From Carcharhinus amblyrhynchos (lineage: Eukaryota), in NCBI GenBank assembly GCA_965287045.1, contig OZ336876.1:5146001-5210000 (forward strand): a stretch of DNA of 64,000 nt, given 5' to 3'. The position numbers and the translations under genes were made by a program. The first letter of the stretch is position 1. Each line of letters starts with the position of its first letter. This document shows, piece after piece, positions 52,423 to 62,959 of this stretch. A model generated the notes under the pieces. That model did not search any database, had not been told where the DNA came from, and was given only the letters and a program-made list of their open reading frames with translations.

Positions 52423-52727
52423 CTGTGAGGGAAGAAATCAAACAATGATATTATGCCTCAGATTAAGGAAAATTGCACCTGGTTGATTGTGGATTATTGT
52501 GATTTTCCAATGTGCTACTGTAAATCTTGATTTTTTTGGAACATTTGGCATTTAAAGAATGAACAGGATGGTCAGTGAAAAATGAATGGAAAGGGACATT
52601 AGCTAACAGAACCAAGAGTCTGTTTGGTAATATGGACATGAATGAAATGTGTGCACATTTATCATCAAAATGTGAATGTGAGGATTTATATGAGTAAGTT
52701 CACAGATGATACGAAAATTGGAAGACT

Positions 52728-53050
52728 AACAGTGGTAAGCGTTGCTGCCTCATATTCCAGAGACATGGGTTTAATTCCAGTCTTGGGTGAATGTGTAGAC
52801 TTTGCACTTCTCATTGTTGCTGCATGGATTTCCTCCAAGTGTTCCGGTTTCCTCCTGCAGGCCGAAGTTGTGTGTGTGTTAGGTGAACTGGCCATTCTAT
52901 ATTGCCTCTAAGTATTCAAGAATATGTAGGCTCATGGGATGAATGTGTGGGGTTCCGGGTATAAGGCAACGGGAGGAGCTGTTGTAGAGTCAGTGCAGAC
53001 TCGAGGGGCCACATTGCCTCTTTCTGCAATGTAAGGATTTTATTCGATTC
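52728..53050 (+). mobile_element. Diverged HE1-like SINE
   Basis: cagtggtaagcgttgctgcctca head, ccggtttcctc core and gcagactcgaggggcc tail. Confidence 0.75.
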
Positions 53051-54254
53051 TAGTGCATTATTTTCTAATCTTGTACAGTCTGGGGCCATTCGGCCAATCG
53101 AATCTGCAGTCTCTGAAATAACCTTCCACCCAGTGCCAATCCGTGCCTGATCCCCATGATTTTTCATGTCATGCACTATTAAAGGAGATTGGAGATGGTG
53201 CCTGGCACCTTTGTCAGATTGGTAATCTGCTGGGAGTCTTTCTGTTGTCTGTTAAATTAGAAAGTCTGGAATGTGGCTTGTAAAAGAAGCAAATGTGAAG
53301 TGAGGAGAAAAAAGTATTTTCACTTAAAGGGAGTTCGTCTTTGGGATGCACTGCCTGCAAGTCTGGTGGAGGCAGGTTCAATAGAATCATTGACGAAGGC
53401 ATTAGATAGTTATTTGAATATATAAAATGTGCGGGTGTGCGGACAACAGACATGGGAATGGCACTAAACCCTGAATGCTCAATAGTAGAGCTGGTGCAGG
53501 GCGATAGGCCACATTTCCTCCTACTGCAATATATCAATTATATGATTGATTCTACGACTTACACACCGAAAGCAGTCGCCACTCAAACCGGATTGCAACA
53601 GAACAGCCCTTAAAAATTAAGTGAACTTCTGTAGAACTTTTTCAGCAATGATTACGTTGATACTGTTGGTCGTGATCTGCAGTACGAGATGTATTGGGTG
53701 CTACAGTAATAAACCTATGGACGATATGGTCGCTTCTGGTCAACCAAGTATTTTTAGTAGACTGAAACAAGTCAGAATCCTAATTTTCTTCTCCTGTCTC
53801 TACAAATTTAGCTGAATATCCACTTCTGCATTTACATTAACATGTTTCAGACAGCTGCTGCCATCTTCCCACTCTGACATTAACCAATGTCAAACATTGT
53901 TCCCGGAGCTGCAAATCGTGTCTGCCCATTCCACATCCTCCTGCTGTGAAAGCTGGGCTGCGTTCCCGCTGCGATAAACCAACAAAACAAAAAGTGGTTA
54001 AAGATGGAGGAGAAAGTTCAGAGTCTGAATTTGTTGGGCTCAGTCAGTGTTGCGTTTTCAAGGCTGTGAAGTGCCAAATCGGAAGATGTGATGGTGTTCC
54101 TCCCGTTTTCGTTAAGCTTCACTAGGGCACAGGAGCAGGCCAATGGCAGACATGTGGAGTTGAGAGTGAGATGCAAATTTGAAATGACAAACAACTGGAC
54201 GGTGGTGAAGACTAAGCAGTCGCAAACCTGGTAACTTTATATTGGCCCTCGAAC

Positions 54255-54990
54255 AATCTCAGCCTCTGTAATCACCTCCAGTCCCTGCAATTTTCCCTAT
54301 CTATTTAAAATCTCCCAGACCTTACAAATTTCTCTATCTCTGTAATAAACTACGTCCGCTTCAATCCTCCCCATTCTCCAACTCCTACAAAATCTCTCCC
54401 CATTTAACCTTAAGACATTCACTTTCTCTTTTACATGTGCCAGCATGAACAACCATCTCCATCACTTTGATCTGCTCAAGCAACTTTTGTAATCTGCTCT
54501 AACAGCTCCCCTTCCACCCTCTATAATTTCCAATAGCCTCTACAACTTACCCTTCTCTGTTAGCTGTTCCAGTCCTACAATCTTTCCTATCTCTGTTTAC
54601 TTCTCCAGCACTATAACGCGTATGTTCTCTGTGTTCACCTCCAGGCCTACACATCACGCTCTCTGTTACCTTCTCAGGCCTCTACAACACTCCCCATCAT
54701 TAAAATCTCTAAAACCCCGACAACCCTCACTTTCTCTATAATCTCCCTACCTCGAAACATCATTCACCTCCCCACAATTATCCCTTTCACAACCATCCCG
54801 TTTTCTTCTCCAGCTCCTATAACCTTCCCTTTCTGTTCTATCTTCCCCAGACACTACAACCCTAACTTTTCCTGTATTCACCTTCAGCGCCTACACACCC
54901 ACCTTTCTCTGTAAACTTCTCCAGCCCCTAAAATATCCAGTTCAATGTAATCTCCTGGAATTTTAATCACTCCCCCATTGCAAGATGAAA
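54255..54990. repeat. Diverged C/T-rich ~36-39 bp tandem repeat (ctctgtaacctcctccagccctacaac-type)
   Basis: Recurrent ctctgt..ctccag..ctacaa units; a similar array lies at ~62960-63500. Confidence 0.75.
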
Positions 54991-55744
54991 TCTATCTATC
55001 TCCTGAAGTAGCCCAGACGTTCAATTCCCCCCTTCCTTTCAGATAGCACACGCTATTTCACTTGGTGTAAAATATTTTCTTCCTAAAGTTTGCATGAATT
55101 GCATTCTGCGACAATATGGAATAAGTTAAATAAATATAACATTTATCATTTATCTCATTCTGCGGCACTCTCTCATTTATTCCCCTCCCAGTCGGCGCTT
55201 CTCACGCACTCTCACGTTGTTTCTATATCTCTTCTAATAGCTCACAGAGAATCCCTCTCTCTCTCTCTCCCTGCCTGATTCTATCACTCTCTTTCTCTCT
55301 TTCATCCATCTTTCTATGTTTGTCACAGTAAGTACACGGTTATCTCTCTCTCCTATCCTTGGAAACTACCCCTCGTTGTTCCTGTCCTCCAAGCCGCCCC
55401 AACTCGCTCTATCACTCCCACTCCCGCTCTCTCTCACTTTGCATCTGGTGCGTAACTCTCACTTTCCTTCCACGTCCCTCGCAATTCCACATTTTCACTC
55501 CACACCTTCCTAGCCCCTATCTTTTACCTCCTCCATCTCTCCCCCCATCACTCTCAATCCCTCTTCTCTACATCTCTCCTCTACCAGCATCTCTTCCTGC
55601 TTGTCTTTCTTATCCCCTCCCCTTTATATCCGGAACTCTTCGCTCCATTCCTCCCTCTCTATCTGACATTTTTCTTAGGCACACCTTCTTCTCCCTTACC
55701 CCAGTCTTCGAGTACACGCACGTCCATCATTATTATACCATGTC

Positions 55745-55910
55745 GAAGTATGTGCAGGTTAGGTGCATTTGTCATGCTAAATTGCCCCGTAGAGTCAGGG
55801 GGGCTAACTAGGGTAAATGCATGCAGTTGTGGGGATGGAGCCTGGGTGGGATTGTGGTCGGTGCTGCCTCAATGGATTGAATGGCGTCCTTCTCCTCTAT
55901 GATTCAGTGA
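55745..55910 (+). mobile_element. HE1-like SINE 3' half
   Basis: gtgcaggttagg..catgctaaattgcccc..gcctgggtgggattgtggtcggtgc. Confidence 0.75.
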
Positions 55911-56888
55911 ACTATAGCCAGACGTAAGAGAGAAAGGCCTGTGTTTCTATTTTGTGATTTTCCATCCTCAGTTTAGTATGATCAGATGATGCAGCTGCAG
56001 GCAAGTAGCATGGGCGCCACACGAGTGCCAGACAATGACCATCTCCAACAAGGGAAAAACTAAACATTCTCCCCTGAAATACAATGTAAATTCCAACACC
56101 GAATCCCCACCAAAACTATCCTGGGGGTTACCACTGACCACATACTGAAATGAGCTAGACAACAAATTACATCCTGACTGCCCAAAACCTGCTCAAAATC
56201 TACAAGGCAAAAGCCAGAGGTGGATGGAGTGCTTTCCCCTTACCTGGAGGACTGTCGCTCCAATCACACCACATGGACAGAGCATCTGAAGAATGCAACT
56301 CACAAACATCTTCTCGAGTGCCACTGGTTCTCGAAAATAAATTCTAGACTTGCCAGCGAAGCGGCATGTAAATATATATGGAGAACCTTCCCTGGGAATT
56401 CTGATGCGGATAACTTAGCGGAGTTTATTCAATATTTAATCACAAAATCTCTCCCCTCTTTTCAACAAGTAACAAGGGTCTCACGAAGCATTCTCTCAGA
56501 TGTGACCTATTTACTGGGACAACCAAAGATTATAAAACTTAGGCTGCAAAATCAGAGGTCACTTGATCTGCTCAGGAACGGAGCACTTGTATCCCCAAAG
56601 GAGATGTGAATCGTCTTAAGCCAGGTCAGTTAGCAGGATATTGAAAACCCAGGCAGTATGGTGGGGGTTGCAAGCAGTGTGAGACGAACCCAAGATCTTG
56701 GTTGAGTGCACCCTCATGCGTGCGGAACTTAGCTTCCGATTTCTGCTCAGATAATCTGTGCTGTCTTGTATCTTGAAGGCCGTTGGACAAAGTATCAGAA
56801 CGTTAGACAGAGCTACAGACCAACTAAGGAGCAAATTGGCACAATCCCTCCAACCTGTACTCAGAAATCAGAGGAGGACACCCAGCCC

Positions 56889-58570
56889 CATAAGAACATA
56901 AGAACATAAGAAATAGGAGCAGGAGTAGGCCATTTAGCCCCTCGAGCCTGCCCCACCATTCAATAAGATCATGGCTGATCTGTCGTGGCTCAGTTCCACC
57001 TTCCCGCCCTCTCCCCATAACCCTTAATCCCCTTGCCTATTAAAAACCTATCAACTCGTGTCTTAAATATATTTAGCGAGGCAGCCTCCACTACTTCAAC
57101 GGGCAGAGAATTCCAGAGATTCACCACCCTTTGAGTGAAGAAGTTCCTCCTCAACTCCGTTCTAAACCACCCCCACCCCCCTTTATCTTGAGGCTGTGCC
57201 CTCTAGTCCTTTCTGAGCGGGAAGAGCCTCTCCACCACTATCCTATCCATCCCATTCATCATCTTATACGTCTCAATGAGATCTCCCCTCATTCTTCTAA
57301 ACTCTAACGAGTACAAGCCTAGTTTATTCAGCCTCTCCTCATAGTTCAACCCCCTCAACTCTGGTATCAGCCTAGTAAACCTCCCCTGCACTCCCTCCAA
57401 GACCAAAATATCCTTGCGTAAGTGTGGCGACCAAAACTGCACACAGTACTCCAGCTGCGGCCTCACCAGTGCCCTGTACAGTTGCAGCAAGACCTCCCTA
57501 CTTTTATATTCAATCCCCCTCGCTATGAAGGCCAGCACCCCCTTTGCCTTCCTGACCACCTGCTGCACCTGCAGGCTGGGTTTTTGTGACTCATGCACAA
57601 GGACCCCGAGGTCCCTCTGCACCGTTGCATGCTGCAGTTTTTCGCCATGTAAGTAATAATCCTTCCTACCATTATTCCTACCAAAGTGGACAACTTCACA
57701 CTTGCCAACATTAAATTCCATTTGCCAGTTCCTGGCCCATTCACCCAGCCTATCTAGATCCTTCTGCAGACTTTCCACACACTCCGCAGAATTTGCCATT
57801 CCACCAATCTTGGTGTCATCAGCAAATTTCGACACCATACACTTGGTTCCCTCCTCCAGATCATCTATATAAATGGTAAATAGCTGAGGCCCCAGCACCG
57901 ACCCCTGGGGCACTCCACTAGTCACCAACAGCCAATCTGAATAGCACCCATTGACCCCCACTCTCTGCCTCCTATTTGACAGCCAATCCCTATCCACGCT
58001 AACACCCTACCCCTGACTCCATGCCCCCTGACCTTCTGCAATAACCTCTTGTGCGGCACCTTATCAAACGCCTTCTGAAAATCAAGAAACACCACATCCA
58101 CCGGCTCTCCTCTATCCACCGCCCTAGACACATCCTCATAGAATTCCAATAAATTCGTCAGACATGACTTCCCCTTAACGAAACCGTGCTGCGTCTGCTC
58201 TATCAAACAATTCTCCTCAAGATGCCTCGCTATTTTGTCCTTCATCAGGGATTCTAACACTTTACCTACAACAGACGTTAAACTAACCGGCCTATAATTC
58301 CCTGCCTTTTGCCTGCCACCCTTCTTAAACAACGGCATAACATTAGCCGTTTTCCAATCTTCCGGCACTTCCCTGGAATCCAGCGATGTTTGGAAAATGA
58401 TCATCAAGGCATCCACTATCACCTCCGCCATTTCTTTCAGATCCCTTGGATGCATTCCATCCGGTCCTGGGGACTTGTCCACAATCAGTCCCTCCAGTCT
58501 TTCGAGCACTGCCTCTCTAGTAACAATAATGTTACTCTTGAGCTTTTAGCAGTTTGCACTGAGATGGTGG
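56889..58570 (-). mobile_element. Young 5'-truncated CR1 LINE (RT domain, one frameshift at ~57995)
   Basis: Two long overlapping ORFs (KSPGPDG, NYRPVSLTS, DFQKAFD, PQGSVLGP, FADD) and a (cataagaa)n tail. Confidence 0.95.
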
Positions 58571-58699
58571 CAGATCTGTACCGTAATTAGTTCAAACAGG
58601 CGGAAATCGGCGAGCATTCCTGTCCCAGTATTAATAAAATATACTGTTTTGTTATTGTGATCATTGATGTTCCCAGTGAATGACGATAACCAATCAAAT

Positions 58700-59060
58700 T
58701 GGGCCATCCTTTCTACTTTGCCTCCATTAACGTAGACACGGGCATGCCCTTCACTAGGCTGCCTGAAGTCGATGATTATCCCCTTGGTTTTGTTGACATT
58801 GAGGGAGAGATTATTGTCGTTGCATCAGCTCACCAGGTTCTCCATCTCTTTCCTGCACTGTGTCTTGTCATTGCTTGAGATCCGATCCACAATGGTGCTG
58901 TATCATCAAACTTGAAAATTGGGTTGGAGGGAAATTTGACCAGTCCGAGGTGTATATGGAGGATAGGAAGGGGCTGAGCGCACAGGCATGCAGAGCATCA
59001 GTGTTCAGGACGATCGTGCAGGAGGTGTTGGACGAAGTTTGGCGTGGAAGTTGAGATTGT
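58700..59060 (-). mobile_element. Rex1/Babar-type RT fragment
   Basis: Degenerate PQGCVLSP..YT.D and LSLNV.KTK..IIDFR motifs. Confidence 0.65.
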
Positions 59061-60169
59061 TGAAACAAACGCAAAGGTGATCGGAAAACTCAGTGTTGGA
59101 AGCTGAGTAGGGGAAAGTCAGGTCAATGGAGCTTTGGGAATCGGTGACTAATATATAATATTGATGCAGAGTTTGTCCACTGCATTGTAGACAATTAGCA
59201 GAAGGGTCACAGGTTGCCATTGAGCATGTAGGGGACGATATATTTCCAATACAACAATAATTACCGTGTTAAGTATCAAGAAAGGAATTGAAAAAATTGC
59301 AATCGAATGATGAGGTACGACATGGATTCTTTGGGGTTTTTTTCTGAACCAGTGAGAGATAGCGAGAGATTGGAAATCCTGCCACTTGAGGATCAATGTT
59401 TACGTTTTAGAAAGAGTGCAGAAATTGATTAAAAGAAATTTTCCGAGAAGCTGATCTCCTATAACATGCAGGAATCACAGTCCCTGGGATTGCTCGTCTG
59501 AGAGAACAGAAGTTGGGATAAATATGATTGAGGTGTTCAATACAATGACAGGTGTTAGCAGTATGGACACCAAAGCAGGCATGTCTAAAGCCAAAACACA
59601 CATGGTTACGTTGATTTGCAATTGAACCAATGATGAAAAGTAAGAGACGAAGTTTTATAAGACTTTTGGTTACGTCATGAAATTTACAACCTGAAAATGT
59701 GGCAAAGACAGATTAAGTGAGAAGCAAGTTGAATGAATAAATGAAAATAAAATTTGCAGCACATCAATGAGGAGATGTGGAAGTGAAATTAATTTAGCTG
59801 ATCTAGAAGAGAGGTGATAGTGAGGAGACAGATTAAATGACAAACTGCAGGTCTGTAAACATTATGTGATTTGTTTTCATTAAATGAATTATTGAAACGA
59901 ATTCGCTTGACTAAATTGAAGTCACATTCCAGGGTACAGAGAGTACCTGGAAGGACACTCTGACATTAGGGTTTAATGACTGAATGGTCAGTGAGACTGA
60001 ATTTCATCTCTGAACCAACATGAGGTCAAGAAACAGGAATCATGATGTGCATAGGAACATTTCTATCGCTATTTAACACAGTATGTAATTGTCCAACCTA
60101 CAAGGTAGAGACATTTCCAATTAGGCTTCCGCTCCTTGTATATTCCCTCCACTGGGCATTGGCATAGGT

Positions 60170-60266
60170 GTCGTCACCTTTTTTTTTCAAATTTAAGACA
60201 CAAAAACAATTTGAACACTTTTTTTCACAACATCAGTATCTCAATTGAGATCCTGGAATGTATAAA
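60170..60266 (+). promoter_or_regulatory. Putative decayed G6 promoter: module remnant (60170-60190), 14-bp palindrome ATCTCAATTGAGAT (60238-60251), TATAAA (60261-60266)
   Basis: gtcgtcacctttttttttcaaa aligns to G2 ggcgtcatctgtttattcaaa with the E-box and forkhead cores destroyed. Confidence 0.5.
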
Positions 60267-60353
60267 GATGGTGCACAAGGAATGTATCACCTCAGAATCT
60301 GATCCAGAGACGTTGACTGCAGCAGAAAGGAACTGCTTCACTTCAGACAGCAA

Positions 60354-60420
60354 ATGCATAGACCAATTCAATGAGTCAGGAATATATTCTATATGATCCT
60401 TGCCATCATTGGCGTTCCTG
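60354..60420 (+). pseudogene. G6 exon 1 (MHRPIQ*VRNIFYMILAIIGVP+G)
   Basis: 67 nt, as in G2 exon 1. Donor G|gtgagt. In-frame TGA at 60372-60374. Confidence 0.88.
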
Positions 60421-60826
60421 GTGAGTACATAAGAACAACTGGGTTGAGCAAATTTGTGTGTAAGCTTGTTTTTGATGTTAGTATGTAAATAACAATGTTA
60501 AATTGGATCGACTTGTCATGTTTATATAATCATTATTAGAATACTATAAATGCATTAAATTTATTGGTTTATTTCTCTGGTTATATTATGGTGCATCGTT
60601 TATTTCTAGCTCAGAGGTAATCTTAGTAGCAAAGTTGCTGCAAGCGACTTAAAGTTGTGCCCTATTGAATCAAGTCTCAAACTAGGGAACTCATCAGAAG
60701 AACATTGTTAGTGAAATATCTGCCATGTGGTGACAAATTGGAGCAGAACATCTGACGCCAGTGACCATGTATTGCCATGCCTAAGTTACTGTCAACCATC
60801 CACATTCTCTCCCCTTTGTCTTACAG

Positions 60827-61580
60827 TTAATGTAGCTGCAATCGTGATCCTGTCCCGTGGACGTTGTGGCCTATCCACCTGCACAACTTGCTACCTGCTG
60901 GCAATGGCAATGGCGGATCTACTGTTTATTGTTTTTGAGATCATTCTCAGGCATATCAATGCCTATTATTTTCAGAGGAATTTCCTTTCGATCACCCCTG
61001 TGTGTAGTGTTCAAGCTGTCCTGCTTCGCGCATTGCTGGACTGTTCTGTCTGGTTCACGGTTACTTTCACTTTTGATCGATTTGTCGCCATTTGTTGTCA
61101 GAAGCTGAAAACAAAATATTGCACAAAGAAAACTGCATCTGTGGTCCTAGGAACAATAGGCATTTTGCTCTTTGCAAAGAATATTCCCATCTACTTCAGA
61201 TTTGAACCTGAAAGGATCATCAACAATGTACCATGGAGCTGTGAAAATAAGCGAAGCTACTTCAGTGACCCTAGATGGATTGGGTTTAGAATTTTTGAAA
61301 AGGTCTTGACACCATTGATACCATTTGGCTCAATTATTTTACTTAATGTACTGACAGTCAAACATATTTTAGTGACCAGTTGAGTGCAGGAGGCACTGAA
61401 GGGTCAGAACAGGGTGGAAAAACATAGTGACCCAGAGATGGAGAGTAGAAAGAAGTCTGTAATTTTACTTTTTACCATATCCAGCAGTTTTATACTGCTG
61501 TGGTTGGTGTATGTGTTGTATTTTTTCGACGTTGATGATTATTTTGATGATTACTCTTCTTACATATTTGATAATATTTT
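60827..61580 (+). pseudogene. GPR139-like pseudogene G6, exon 2 (truncated at the start of TM7)
   Basis: Acceptor tgtcttacag|TT-AAT-GTA; DCSVWFTVTFTFDRF; TGA at 61381-61383. Homology stops after YIFDNI, and the CTNTFIY segment is absent. Confidence 0.9.
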
Positions 61581-62212
61581 GCCTTCAGTAACTACTTAGA
61601 TAGAGTCACACTTCAAATGTCAGTGGAACAATGTTGAAAGGCGTTATGCAGATTCCAGAAAGTAAATTAAAATATTGAGCGAGAAAGACAGCAAAGAACA
61701 AAGACCTTCTGAGACATTCAGAGAGGCAGACATTTAGGAGTCAGGGGTCAAAACATGTTATTAAAGACAAAGGGCAAACATGAAGGCACAGTCTCTCCTA
61801 CACAGAGTTTCATTCGATTCTTAGTTCCTCACATTCTTTCAGAAAATTGTTTTAACGGAACAATAAAGCGAGTCTTAATGTATACGGATCTTCTTTGGGC
61901 GATGTATTATTTATTTGATTCTCAATCTGTCTATCGCTATGTCTGTCTATCTATCTATTCCTAATTAAACACATTTCTACTCATATAAACCATTTAGCTG
62001 TTTGGCAATAGAGCCAGCTCTCCTGCACTCGACGTCAGTCCTCTCCCATGAATAATGTGGCTGGGTATCTGTGTGATCTGGTCTGGAGCCAAAGCTCATA
62101 TTAGACATGAGAGTTGGGGGCTGACCGTGGCGAGTTCTGAGAGGGAGTGGGGTCCCTTGGTTTATGGTTGTGCGCCACCTGCAAGCCTTTTTTTTTCCAA
62201 TTGCATTCTGAC

Positions 62213-62550
62213 AGAATCATAGAAACCCTACAGTGCAGAAAGAGGCCAGTTGGCCCATCGAGTCTGCACTGACCACAATCCAACCCAGGCCCTACCCCCT
62301 TATCCTTATGTATTTACTTATTAATGCCTCTAACCTCCGCATCTCAGGGCACTAAGGGGTAATTTTAGTATGGCCAATCAACTTAACCCGCACATCTTTG
62401 GACTGTGGGAGGAAACTGGAGCACCTGGAGGAAACCCATGCAGACACGAGGAGAAGGTGCAAACTCCACACAGAGAGTGACCCGAGCCGGGAATCGAACC
62501 CAGGTCCCTGGAGCTGTGAAGCAGCAGTGCTAACCACTGTACTACCATGC
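62213..62550 (-). mobile_element. Full-length HE1-like SINE
   Basis: Head with B-box gggttcgattccc, conserved core and gcactgtagggtttctatgattct tail. Confidence 0.9.
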
Positions 62551-62959
62551 TGTGCTGAACTTTCATATTTGACCCAACATCTCAACACTTGTTCACCTCA
62601 TGACATTTATTCATCTCCAGAATGTCGCCTGACTGCACCCCCCCCCCCCCCTTCCCCGTGTCAGCTCAGGAGCTGCTCAAACTTTCATCTATTTCATTGT
62701 TTCCTCCAGAAACGGTTATTCCTAAGCACTTCATTCCATTCTGTTCATATTCTCACTTTGTACCGTACTGTCCAGCAGCTGGACGTCAGCAAGATATGCA
62801 ACTTAACTCAAATGATAATCTTGTGTGTTCTCTGATTGCTTCAGTCCAGCAATACACTTATCCTTTTCTCAAAGCTTTTAATATCCGAAATTCTTCCCAT
62901 CATTTTTACTTCTTGAGCTCTCTTAATACTGATTTTTTTTAAGGTCTTCTGGCCCATAC

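Noticed and set aside
53556-53640. Possible G5 exon 1 remnant (minus strand gct ttc ggt gt|gtaagt, A-F-G-V)
   Set aside because: Lacks the Pro codon, the upstream IYY-like motif, ATG and TATA module; similarity is too short to support.
60372-61383. In-frame TGA codons of G6 as selenocysteine or programmed readthrough
   Set aside because: The ICL3 TGA aligns to Arg (CGA) in G2, no SECIS was evident, and most of TM7 is missing anyway.
62490-62550. tRNA-like A/B boxes as tRNA genes
   Set aside because: They are the heads of tRNA-derived SINEs, followed by SINE core and tail.
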